The notes under the pieces were generated by a model. The model was given only the letters and a program-made list of their open reading frames with translations. It searched no databases and was not told where the DNA came from. Shown here piece by piece: positions 17,224 to 26,583 of a stretch of DNA of 63,335 bases (within the stretch, counting starts at the first letter, position 1; each line of letters starts with the position of its first letter). This DNA is from Candidatus Rariloculus versatilis. Lineage in GTDB: Bacteria; Pseudomonadota; Gammaproteobacteria; Steroidobacterales; Rariloculaceae. The position numbers and the translations under genes are program-made. The stretch covers positions 1 to 63,335 of the forward strand of contig JAQAJI010000030.1 in the NCBI GenBank assembly GCA_028278665.1, given 5' to 3'.

Positions 17224-18795
17224 CTAGGCGTGATGGCTCAGGTCGCCCGGATTGAGCAGGTCCGGCGCAGTCCAGCCGTCAAGGTCGTACTCGGCCAGAC
17301 ACGCGTCGGCGAAGCCCATCATGCGTTCGGCCTCGCCGGAAGCCATCGCACCGAACAGCGCATAGCGCCGGATCTCCTCGGTCGAGCCGCTGTAGTTGAT
17401 CTCGTACAGCTCATGCCGGGCTCCAAACTCCGAGCCGATCGCGTCCCAGAGCAGCTTCATGAGCTTGACCCTGGCTTCGGCGTCGTAGCCGTTGGAGCCG
17501 CGCAGGTAGCGGTCGATATACGGGCGAATGTCCGGGTTCTTGAAGTCCTTGACGTGTGAATTCAGGTAGATGAGCCCCGAGGCGCAGGCCTGCTCGATGA
17601 TGTACTTGATCTTGGGATAAGCCTGCGGCGCGAGCACCTGGTAGGCGCCGGCGGAGCCCGGGTTCGGCAGCACGTAGTCGTCAACCCAGGGTACGGGGTT
17701 CCTGACCATCGCTTCGCTCAGCGACCAGAACATGTTGCGCCAGGCGATGACCTCGCCGACGTGCGCCTGAACGCCGCGGAAGTCCTTCGTGCCCGCTGCA
17801 TCGACGGCCTTGAGCAGACAGCCGGCGATGAAGTCGAGCTTGACCGACAGGCGCGTGCAGCCGTGCAGCATGGCGCGCGGCAGGAAGCCGGTCCGCGGGA
17901 AGAAATTGTTGGCGCCGTCGACGTCGGCATAGATGAACACGTTCTCCCATGGGACCAGCACGTCGTCGAGCACGAACACCGAGTCGTTCTCGTCCACGCG
18001 GCTCGACAGCGGGTAGTCGAACGGGCTGCCCATGACGGTGGCCATCATTTCGTAGGACGGGCGGCACAGGAACTTCACGCCCTGGGCATTCGACGGGACC
18101 ATGAACACGCAGGCGAAGGACTTGTCCTGCACCGGGATCAGGCCGTGATGCGCGACGAAGGTGTAGTTCGTCAGCGCCGAACCCGTCGCCACGACCTTGG
18201 CGCCGGAGACGATGATTCCGGCGTCGGTTTCCTTCTTGACGTGCACGCACACATCCTTGATCTCGTTCGGCGGCCGGTTGCGGTCGATCGGCGGATGGAT
18301 GATCGCGTGATTGACATAGGCGACGCGTTCCTGGCTGTAGCGGTACCAGCGCTGCGCGTTCTCCGGGTAGGTGTAGAACGAGGAGTTCGCACCGAGCGTG
18401 GCAAGAACTGCGGCCTTGTAGTCCGGGGAACGGCCGAGCCAGCCGTAGGTCAGGCGCTGCCAGTTGGCGATCGCGTCGCGGCCGGCGACGGCTTCCTCGA
18501 CGCTCTTGGGCGCCCTGAAGTACGGATGGGTCTTGCCGCCGTTGCCGGTATCGGTGTCGACAAGGTACTTGTCCTGTTCCTCCGGGTCGTGCAACGCGTC
18601 GTAGAGCCGGGCGAGCATGCGGGCGGAGTTCCGGAACGCCGGGTGCGTCGTGATCCTGTCGACTTTTTCGCCGTAGATGGAGATTTCACGCCCGTCGTGG
18701 ATCGATTCGAGATACTCCGCGCCCGTCATCGGGCTCGCGTTCTCGATGCTGCCGGTCGCTTCGCCGCTTGCAGCGGTTTGCCGTGAGGTTGCCAT
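17224..18795 (-). CDS. hpaB: 4-hydroxyphenylacetate 3-monooxygenase oxygenase component family protein
   Basis: 523 aa. [53 protein letters not shown] and [14 protein letters not shown] follow the HpaB (two-component flavin monooxygenase) pattern along the full length. Confidence 0.8.
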   Translation of the reverse strand: MATSRQTAASGEATGSIENASPMTGAEYLESIHDGREISIYGEKVDRITTHPAFRNSARMLARLYDALHDPEEQDKYLVDTDTGNGGKTHPYFRAPKSVEEAVAGRDAIANWQRLTYGWLGRSPDYKAAVLATLGANSSFYTYPENAQRWYRYSQERVAYVNHAIIHPPIDRNRPPNEIKDVCVHVKKETDAGIIVSGAKVVATGSALTNYTFVAHHGLIPVQDKSFACVFMVPSNAQGVKFLCRPSYEMMATVMGSPFDYPLSSRVDENDSVFVLDDVLVPWENVFIYADVDGANNFFPRTGFLPRAMLHGCTRLSVKLDFIAGCLLKAVDAAGTKDFRGVQAHVGEVIAWRNMFWSLSEAMVRNPVPWVDDYVLPNPGSAGAYQVLAPQAYPKIKYIIEQACASGLIYLNSHVKDFKNPDIRPYIDRYLRGSNGYDAEARVKLMKLLWDAIGSEFGARHELYEINYSGSTEEIRRYALFGAMASGEAERMMGFADACLAEYDLDGWTAPDLLNPGDLSHHA

Positions 18796-19159
18796 TCGAT
18801 TCCCCTTGAGATGATCTGTTCCTGAATCACTGCGACGGGCAGATTCCGCCGCACGTCACGTTCGAAAACCGAAGGATAGGCGAATGACGGCGCGCGTGCA
18901 CCAACCGGCCGGTACGCTTGTTGTAAGACTGTTTTGACAACGATGCTAAGGCGCGGCTGCACAACACGGACGGGCTTGGCGGTACAATCGGAACGATCAG
19001 GACAGCCTCGAAGTACATTGGAGACTTCGGCATTGCAACGGAGTGCGGTTTCGGTCGACGCCCAGTCACACAATTTTCCGAGCATCCACAAAAGAAGCTG
19101 CAAGTTTCCTCGGGCGAACATGAATTATTCCGACTCATCATGAATCAGAGGCACGTGAA

Positions 19160-20722
19160 ATGAGCTCACACACCAACGGTGACTATGGCGAAGCGAATCA
19201 GGTCCACGTCAGAACCGGGGCTGACTACCTCAATGCGCTCAACGATGGCCGCCGCGTTTTCGTCAACGGCCAGCAGGTCGAAAATGTCGCAACGCATCCG
19301 CTGACACGGGACTACGCCAATACGGTCGCTTCCTGGTACGACGCGCATCATGATCCGGAGTACCGGGACATCATGACGTTTGTCGACAAGGACGGTGTGC
19401 GCCGCGCCAAGACATGGTTCCTGCCCACGACCAGGGAAGAGCTTGAGTCCAGGCGCATATATCACGACACGGTTTGCAGGATGTTCGGCCGCTCGTTCTT
19501 CGGGCGGATGCCGGACGTCAACAACGCCATTTTTCTGACTTACATCGATGATCCGAAGCCGTGGGAAGAAAACACCGTCGGCTACGATGCGGCCGGATTC
19601 GCCGACAATATTCGCAGCTTCTGGGCGAAGATGGTCGACGAGGACATCAATCTCGCACCGGCGGTCATCGATCCCCCGGTCGATCGTTCACGCCCTGAAG
19701 CCGAGGCGGAATCGCCCAACTGCCGCGTTGTCGAATATCGCGACGACGGCATCGTGATCGATGGCGTCAAGGCGGTGGCTACCGGAACGATATTCGCAGA
19801 CTGGATCATGGTCGGCGTGTTCTGGCGCCCCGGCATGCCGGAAGATCAGGTCATGTATCTGGTGATGCCCGTGAACACGAAGGGTGTGACGCTGCTGTCG
19901 CGCGAGTGCCTGTCGCGCCCGGATGTGTCCGAAGAAGAGCACCCGCTGCTCGGTCAGGGCGACGAGCTCGACAACTCGATCGTGTTCGACAACGTTTTCG
20001 TGCCGCGCAAGTACATCTTTCACCTCGGCAATCCGGAACATGCGATGTACTACCCGCAGCGCCTGTTCGACTGGCTGCACTGGATCGACCTGGTTCGGTT
20101 TGGTGTAAAGACGGAACTGATGGCGGGGCTTGCCCTGCTGGTCGGCGACGGTTCCGGGTTGCTCAAGATTCCGGCCACCGCAAGCCGAATCGCGGACATT
20201 ATCCGCTTCCGCGAGACGATTCGCGCCTTCCGTGTCGCAGCCGAGGCCACCGGGTTCACGACGCCGGGAGGAATGTACAAGCCCAATAACATTCAGCTCG
20301 ATTTCGGGCGCGCGTTCTATCAGGAGAATTCAAAGGACATCATCAACGAGCTGCTCGACCTGAGCGGCCGCAGCTCGATCATCCAGCCGGCGGCCAGCGA
20401 CTTCGGCGAGTTCGGCGATTTGCTCGACACGATGCTGCGCGGCGCCTGGAAAGACGGCAAGCAACGCCTCAAGGTATTTCGCGTGATCCGCGACATGTTC
20501 CTCAGTGACTGGGGCGACCGCGGCCGCATGTTCGACCAGTTCAACGGAACGCCGCTCAACACGATCCGCATGCTGACGATGCACCGTACGGAGTTTCAGC
20601 CCAACGGGCCGATGACCGCGTTCGCCCGCGAAGTCTGCGGCATTCCCCTGGTGGAGGGGCAGGGCACAGTGAAGGAGCAGGTGGCCGCCTACGTTCGGGC
20701 GCAGGACGTCAAGACTGAATGA
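19160..20722 (+). CDS. HpaB-family flavin-dependent monooxygenase, divergent paralogue
   Basis: 520 aa. GADYLNALNDGRRVFVNGQQVENVATHPLTRDYANTVASWYD and VIDPPVDRSRP show the same architecture as the neighbour, but the sequence is clearly diverged. Confidence 0.7.
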   Translation: MSSHTNGDYGEANQVHVRTGADYLNALNDGRRVFVNGQQVENVATHPLTRDYANTVASWYDAHHDPEYRDIMTFVDKDGVRRAKTWFLPTTREELESRRIYHDTVCRMFGRSFFGRMPDVNNAIFLTYIDDPKPWEENTVGYDAAGFADNIRSFWAKMVDEDINLAPAVIDPPVDRSRPEAEAESPNCRVVEYRDDGIVIDGVKAVATGTIFADWIMVGVFWRPGMPEDQVMYLVMPVNTKGVTLLSRECLSRPDVSEEEHPLLGQGDELDNSIVFDNVFVPRKYIFHLGNPEHAMYYPQRLFDWLHWIDLVRFGVKTELMAGLALLVGDGSGLLKIPATASRIADIIRFRETIRAFRVAAEATGFTTPGGMYKPNNIQLDFGRAFYQENSKDIINELLDLSGRSSIIQPAASDFGEFGDLLDTMLRGAWKDGKQRLKVFRVIRDMFLSDWGDRGRMFDQFNGTPLNTIRMLTMHRTEFQPNGPMTAFAREVCGIPLVEGQGTVKEQVAAYVRAQDVKTE

Positions 20723-21009
20723 GGCCGGGGTATGGGATCCCTCGGGTTCCGAGAATCACCTCGGGGATCGATTCTGCGTGGGAGCGGACCGAGCCGGGGT
20801 CTGCGGGAGCGGCTTCGCAGCCCGTCCGTCCGGCCGATTGGCGATCATGACACGAATATCATTGCTCACAAAGCGTGAATTGCCCTGGCGGACTTCGCTG
20901 CATATGGGATTGCGCGGTTGATTGGCTCGATGCTACGCGGTAGCTTGTTTTGTACTGACTTCGGTGCGGAAATCGCCACACGTCAAACAAGCGATGAGGG
21001 CGGACAGCG

Positions 21010-21608
21010 ATGAATAACGGAACGGTCGCGGCGCGGCTCCCGGCGACGATACTGGTCGCGGCATTCGCCGTGGCGGCCCCGGTGCTGGTTTTTGCGCAGG
21101 GCGCCGATGTGTCCGCCGGACACGAAGCGCATCAGCACGACCCCGCGCCGGCATTGCCGTCGAGCGACGTGCTCGGCGACGTCCTCGTCGATTTCGCGCT
21201 TGTCGATGCACACGGCGGCATCCTGAGCGACGAGGATTTTCGCGGCCGCTACATGCTTATCGGGTTTGCCCGCTCATGGCCGCAAACTTGGCGTTGGCGC
21301 TGCGTTCGACGGAGCAGGATGCGGTCGGAATCTTCATCAGCGTGGATACCGAGCGCGACGACCCGGAGCGAACGCACGCTTATGCGTCGGCATTCAGCGA
21401 GCGAATGATCGGTCTCGGCGGCAGTCATGAACAGGTCGCTGCCGCGGCCGGCAATTTCAAGGTCAGCTTCGCCGTAACGAAGACGCAGTCAAGCTATTCG
21501 GTGCAGCATTCGAGTCATCTCTTTCTCGTCGATCCCGGCGGCGAACTGCTCGATGTCTTCGCGCTCAATGCGAATCCGAATCTCATCGCGGAGGCGATGA
21601 GCCGCTAG
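21010..21608 (+). pseudogene. SCO1/SenC-family copper chaperone, frame broken at the CxxxC site
   Basis: ORF 21010..21408 carries a signal peptide and ...FRGRYMLIGFA. ORF 21276..21608, in another frame, carries ...(V)CPLMAANLALALRS...GIFISVDTERDDPERT...YSVQHSSHLFLVDPGGEL. Together these make a normal SCO1 protein except around 21255-21280. Confidence 0.6.
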
Positions 21609-21877
21609 TCGAACCGCGAATCACTCGCAAGCGCGTACGGCTGCGCGTTCCTGCGGCGCGCGTTTGTAGCCTGCACGACCCGTGCGTGGCTTCGGCAGCC
21701 TGGCAGCCCGTGCCAGGAGTCCCGCTGCACGCGGCGGAACACCGCCTCGCCGGTCTCGGCGCGACGCGGGGCTTTCGCCACGAACTGCCAGACATGCGTG
21801 GTACCATCGACGTATCCGGGCCGCTCCTATTCCGGAAGCCCGACGAACCAAAAAATCTTCAAACGCAGGGGGTTGCG

Positions 21878-22888
21878 ATGGGCATCAGGTACAGTCTCTT
21901 GACCGTGGCGGGAGCGTTTCTGCTCACGGCGTGTGGATCGGAAATGGCCGAGCCGCCGGCCCCCGAAGCTCCGCCCGCCGCGGACGAAGCTCCGGCAGAG
22001 GCCGCTCCGCCCGCCGCGGAAACGGACGGCGACGGCGGACTGCCGGCGAGAATCGTCGCCGAGCGCGGCGGCTTCATCCCCGAGGGCGTCGAATACGATA
22101 TGGCAAATGGCCGCTTGCTCACCGGTTCGATCGCCGAGGGCACGATCTTCGAGATTCACGCCGACGGCAGCATGACCGCGTTCGTCAGCGACCCCGATCT
22201 CGGTGCGACGATCGGCATCGAGGCCGACGAACCGCGCGACCGGCTGCTCGTTGCGAACTCGGGCGGTTTCGGCGAGGCTCCGGGCCAGGCGATGCTGGGC
22301 GTATTCAGCCTGACGACCGGCGAGCGAATCGCGATGGTGGATCTCATGGCGACACTCGGCGAACTGCCCGACGGCGCCACCGTTTTCGCAAACGACGTTA
22401 CCGTGGCCGACGACGGCACGGTCTACGCGACCGACACCCGGATGAATGTCGTCTACGAGGTGGACGGCGACTACAACGCCTCGGTCATGCATGCCTTCGA
22501 GGGGGTTGAAGGCATGGCGCTCAACGGTCTCGTCCATCATCCGGACGGCTACCTGCTCGTCGCGGACCTCGGCAACGGCGGCATCTACAGGATTCCGGTC
22601 GACGATCCCGTGGCCGCGAGCGAAGTGGCGTTGCCGGAGCCCATGGCCGGCGCCGACGGACTCGTCTGGGACTCCGCCGGGAACCTCGTTGTCGTCTCCA
22701 ACAGCAGCGGGATGATTACGGCGCTGCAAAGCGATGACGGCTGGGCTTCGGCGACGATCGCTGCCGTGGGGCCGTATGAAGGCCAGGCGACGACCGGCGC
22801 TGTGGTCGGCGACGACATCTATATCGTGCATCCGTTCTTCCAGGATCCGGAAGCGCTGCCGATCATCGAGCGCGTCACGTTCCAGTAG
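21878..22888 (+). CDS. lipoprotein, probable SMP-30/gluconolactonase/strictosidine-synthase-like beta-propeller
   Basis: Lipobox in MGIRYSLLTVAGAFLLTAC, then a Pro/Ala/Glu linker. Blade-like segments follow (ADDGTVYATD, HPDGYLLVADLGNGGIYRI, DSAGNLVVVSN). Start trimmed to the ATG at 21878. Confidence 0.55.
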   Translation: MGIRYSLLTVAGAFLLTACGSEMAEPPAPEAPPAADEAPAEAAPPAAETDGDGGLPARIVAERGGFIPEGVEYDMANGRLLTGSIAEGTIFEIHADGSMTAFVSDPDLGATIGIEADEPRDRLLVANSGGFGEAPGQAMLGVFSLTTGERIAMVDLMATLGELPDGATVFANDVTVADDGTVYATDTRMNVVYEVDGDYNASVMHAFEGVEGMALNGLVHHPDGYLLVADLGNGGIYRIPVDDPVAASEVALPEPMAGADGLVWDSAGNLVVVSNSSGMITALQSDDGWASATIAAVGPYEGQATTGAVVGDDIYIVHPFFQDPEALPIIERVTFQ

Positions 22889-23073
22889 CGGTACGTTTCT
22901 GAAGCGTCCACACGCCTGCTCACATCATGTCCCCCTCCCCGCGGGTCAGCTCGGAGGGGTCGGGGGGACAAGATGCGATCGGTCGCTTTACCACCGGACA
23001 CACGCGCCCGGGCGCCACAACCGGGGACGGATGCGGGCTGCTAGAATCGCCCGTTCCGCCTCAGAAGAAGTTG

Positions 23074-24048
23074 ATGTCGCTACAACAGAAGTTCCTGCGG
23101 CTCGAAGCCCACCTGAAGCAGCTCGTCGTGGGTCAGGAGACGCTCCTGACCCGCATGCTGACGGCGCTGCTCTGTGACGGGCATCTGCTGGTCGAAGGCG
23201 CGCCCGGCCTCGCCAAGACGCGGGCGATCAAGGTGCTCAGCCATGGCGTGGAGGGCGACTTTCACAGGCTGCAGTTCACGCCCGATCTTCTGCCGGCGGA
23301 TCTCACGGGCACCGAAATCTATCGGCCGGAAACGGGCTCCTTCGTGTTTCGCCAGGGGCCGCTGTTTCACAATCTCGTGCTCGCCGACGAGGTGAACCGT
23401 GCCCCGGCGAAGGTCCAGTCGGCGCTGCTCGAGGCCATGGGCGAACGGCAGATCACCGTAGGATCGGTGACCTATCCGCTGCCGGAACTCTTCATGGTCA
23501 TGGCGACGCAGAACCCGATCGAGCAGGAGGGGACCTACCCGTTGCCCGAAGCTCAACTCGATCGTTTTCTCCTGCACATCATGGTGGACTACCCCGATGC
23601 CGACGGCGAACGCGCGATACTCGATCTGAATCGCGGCGAGCAGCGCAGGTCCGTACCGGACGAGGAGCTGTTCAGGGCCGCCGAACCGCTGTCGCAGGCC
23701 GAGGTCATGGCGGCGCGGCTCGAGGTGCTCGACGTGCATCTCGCCGAGCCCCTCGAAGAGTATCTCGTGCAGATCGTGCTTGCGACGCGCGACGCCGGGC
23801 GCTACGGCGACGACCTCGATGGCGTGCTCCAGTTCGGTGCAAGTCCGCGCGCGACGATCGCACTTGACCGGTGCTCGCGGGCGACGGCGTGGCTCGCCGG
23901 GCGCGACTATGTGACGCCCGAGGACATTCAGGTCATGGCGCACGACATATTGCGGCACCGGATCCTGATCAGCTTCGAGGCCGAGGCAGCGGGGCTGCGT
24001 CCCGACGAGTTTGTCGACACTCTTCTTGAGCGGATCGGCGTGCCGTAA
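23074..24048 (+). CDS. MoxR-family AAA+ ATPase
   Basis: LVEGAPGLAKT (Walker A), LLADEVNRAPAKVQSALLEAM, MATQNPIEQEGTYPLPEAQLDRF. Start trimmed to the ATG at 23074. Confidence 0.85.
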   Translation: MSLQQKFLRLEAHLKQLVVGQETLLTRMLTALLCDGHLLVEGAPGLAKTRAIKVLSHGVEGDFHRLQFTPDLLPADLTGTEIYRPETGSFVFRQGPLFHNLVLADEVNRAPAKVQSALLEAMGERQITVGSVTYPLPELFMVMATQNPIEQEGTYPLPEAQLDRFLLHIMVDYPDADGERAILDLNRGEQRRSVPDEELFRAAEPLSQAEVMAARLEVLDVHLAEPLEEYLVQIVLATRDAGRYGDDLDGVLQFGASPRATIALDRCSRATAWLAGRDYVTPEDIQVMAHDILRHRILISFEAEAAGLRPDEFVDTLLERIGVP

Positions 24049-24980
24049 TGGTTGCCGCGGCGGTGACAGCCGAGCGCTCGCCGGTTCGCGTCGAGCTCAA
24101 GGACCTGATCCGGGCAAAACCCGCCGGGGAATCGATCGGGCTCACGACACCGCGGGTGCGTGCCTTCGTATCCGGCGGACACCTGTCGCCGTTCAAGGGA
24201 CGCGGCGTGGAATACGACGAGTCGCGGCCCTACCAGGCCGGCGACGACCTGCGGACGATGGACTGGCGCGTCACGGCGCGCACGGGCAAGCCTTTCACGA
24301 AGGTCTTTCGCGAGGAACGCAATCGCCCCGTGATCGTGTGGCTGGATCTGCGCCGGTCGATGCACTTCGCGACGCGCGGCGCCTACAAGTCGGTGCTCGC
24401 GGCCGACGCCGCGGCCCTGGTGGCCTGGAGTGCTGTTGCGAACGGCGACCAGCTCGGCGGTCTCGTGTTTTCCGAATACGAGCATCACGAACTGCGGCCG
24501 CGGCTCGGAAGCCGCGCCGCGCTGAGGTTGCTGCAGCTCATTGCCGAGAACCCCTGTTGGCAGCCGGCCGGTGCCGATGCGGCGGGCGAGGGCGAGACGG
24601 AACGCTCCCTGCTCCGCCTGACAAGGGTCGCGCGTCCGGGCAGCATGATGTTTCTGCTCAGCGACTTCCGGAACTTTGGCGCAGACGGCGAAACGTATGT
24701 CAGACAGCTTGCAAGTCATGGAGACCTGTACCTCATCCACGTTTACGATCCGCTCGAAGCCGAACTTCCGCCGCCGGGCCGTTATCGGATCCGCAAGGAC
24801 CAGCGCGCGTTTGCGATCGAGACCTCCGATCCCGGCGCCCGCGTACGCTATCGTGACCGGTTTGCAGCGCGCGTCGCGCGTTTGCAGGCGCTGGCCCGTC
24901 TGCAGGGAGTCAACGTTCTCGATTGCGCGACGACCGACAAACCGTTCGACGTACTGACGAAACGGTTCGCTCCGAAATGA
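24048..24980 (+). CDS. DUF58 domain protein (MoxR partner)
   Basis: RGVEYDESRPYQAGDDLRTMDWRVTART is the characteristic DUF58 block. The ATG overlaps the MoxR stop. Confidence 0.8.
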   Translation: MVAAAVTAERSPVRVELKDLIRAKPAGESIGLTTPRVRAFVSGGHLSPFKGRGVEYDESRPYQAGDDLRTMDWRVTARTGKPFTKVFREERNRPVIVWLDLRRSMHFATRGAYKSVLAADAAALVAWSAVANGDQLGGLVFSEYEHHELRPRLGSRAALRLLQLIAENPCWQPAGADAAGEGETERSLLRLTRVARPGSMMFLLSDFRNFGADGETYVRQLASHGDLYLIHVYDPLEAELPPPGRYRIRKDQRAFAIETSDPGARVRYRDRFAARVARLQALARLQGVNVLDCATTDKPFDVLTKRFAPK

Positions 24981-24987
24981 ACACGCC

Positions 24988-25473
24988 ATGAACCCGATCG
25001 ACTTCAGCCAGATTCCGCTCAGGGACATCCACCTGCCCGGAGCCGTGGGCTGGTGGCCGCCGGCGATCGGCTGGTGGGTCGTGGCAGCGCTCGTGGTCTC
25101 CGCGTGCGTTGTCGCCTGGGTTCACTACCGCCGCCACGCGCGCGAGCGCGCCGCGCTCAGAACGCTGCGGTCCGTGCTGAAGGCGCTCGACGACGGCCGG
25201 GAGCCCGCGCGTTGCCTGCAGCAAATATCGCTCGTCACGAGGCGTTTTGCGATGTCGATCGCGGACGCCGCGACGCCCGTCGCCGGGCTTACGGGCGAGC
25301 GCTGGCTCGCGTTTCTCGACAGCCGCTGGGAGCACGATACGTTCACAGGGGGCGCCGGCCGGGCGTTGGCCGTCGCGCCCTATCAACCCGCCGATCGTGT
25401 CACGTATGCCGACGTGCAGGAGCTCGGCGGCTTGTGCCTGCAGTGGATCACCACGCAGCGGTCCGGGGACTGA
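24988..25473 (+). CDS. DUF4381-like membrane protein
   Basis: 161 aa. IHLPGAVGWWPPAIGWWVVAALVV has the Trp/Pro-rich TM start typical of the small protein found between DUF58 and BatA. Confidence 0.6.
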   Translation: MNPIDFSQIPLRDIHLPGAVGWWPPAIGWWVVAALVVSACVVAWVHYRRHARERAALRTLRSVLKALDDGREPARCLQQISLVTRRFAMSIADAATPVAGLTGERWLAFLDSRWEHDTFTGGAGRALAVAPYQPADRVTYADVQELGGLCLQWITTQRSGD

Positions 25474-25476
25474 GCC

Positions 25477-26553
25477 GTGTGGACTCTTGCCTGGTGGTGG
25501 ATGCTCTTCGCCTTGCCCGTGCCCTGGCTCGTTCGGCGCCTTGTTGCCGCGCAGCCGCTGGATAACGACGCGGCGCTCAGGGTCCCCGCGGCGAGCCAGT
25601 TCGCCGATTTCACGGGCGGCGCCGGCGTCAGCCCGCGGCGGCAGTGGCGCCATGCGGCGCTCTGGCTGATCTGGGCCGCGGCGGTGTTCGCCGCGGCACG
25701 GCCCCAGTTCGTCGGCGACCCGGTCGCGTTGCCGGTCAGCGGCCGCGACCTGCTGTTGGCGGTGGATTTGTCGGGCAGCATGGAAGAGCAGGACTTTCAG
25801 CTCGACGGGCAGTGGGTGGACCGCCTGACCGCCACGAAGTCCGTGGCCGACGAGTTCATCGCGAACCGAGTCGGCGACCGGCTCGGACTGATCCTGTTCG
25901 GCCGCGAGGCCTATCTGCAGATACCGCTGACATTCGACCGGGCCACGATCCAGACGCTGCTCGACGAATCGGTCATCGGCCTTGCCGGCAAGGAAACGGC
26001 GATCGGCGACGCGATCGGCCTCGGGATCCGGACGCTCGACGATGCCGGCGTCGAGGAAGGCCGGCGTGTGCTGGTTCTGTTGACCGACGGCGCGAATACC
26101 GCAGGTTCCGTCGAACCGCTCAAGGCCGCCGAACTCGCGGCCCAGCGCGGCGTCATCATCTATACGATCGGCATCGGCGCCGATGCGCTCACGGTTCGCT
26201 CGCTGTTCGGTCTGCGCCAGATCAACCCGTCGGCCGACCTCGACGAGCAGACGCTCAATGCCATCGCCGAGCTGACCGGGGGGCGCTACTTTCGCGCTCG
26301 CGATACCGAGGAACTGGCCGAGATCTATGCGCTGCTCGATGACCTTGAGCCTGCGGAGACCGACGAGGAGGGGTTCCGCCCGGTGCGCGAACTCTTCCAC
26401 TGGCCGCTTGGTCTAGCGTTCGCGATAGCGGCGCTCGCTGCGGTGCTGGGCTCGCTCTGTGCGCGGCAACTCCTGGCGCGCCCGACAGTGCGGTCCGGAA
26501 GCAGCAACAACGGATCATCCATGGGAGTTCAAGAAGAGGCTTTCAGGCCTTGA
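25477..26553 (+). CDS. batA: VWA domain protein BatA
   Basis: N-terminal TM, MIDAS DLSGSM in LLAVDLSGSMEE, LLTDGANTAG, C-terminal TM. GTG start. Confidence 0.8.
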   Translation: MWTLAWWWMLFALPVPWLVRRLVAAQPLDNDAALRVPAASQFADFTGGAGVSPRRQWRHAALWLIWAAAVFAAARPQFVGDPVALPVSGRDLLLAVDLSGSMEEQDFQLDGQWVDRLTATKSVADEFIANRVGDRLGLILFGREAYLQIPLTFDRATIQTLLDESVIGLAGKETAIGDAIGLGIRTLDDAGVEEGRRVLVLLTDGANTAGSVEPLKAAELAAQRGVIIYTIGIGADALTVRSLFGLRQINPSADLDEQTLNAIAELTGGRYFRARDTEELAEIYALLDDLEPAETDEEGFRPVRELFHWPLGLAFAIAALAAVLGSLCARQLLARPTVRSGSSNNGSSMGVQEEAFRP

Positions 26554-26583
26554 ACGTCCAGGGAATTGACAGCGTGTGCGGTC

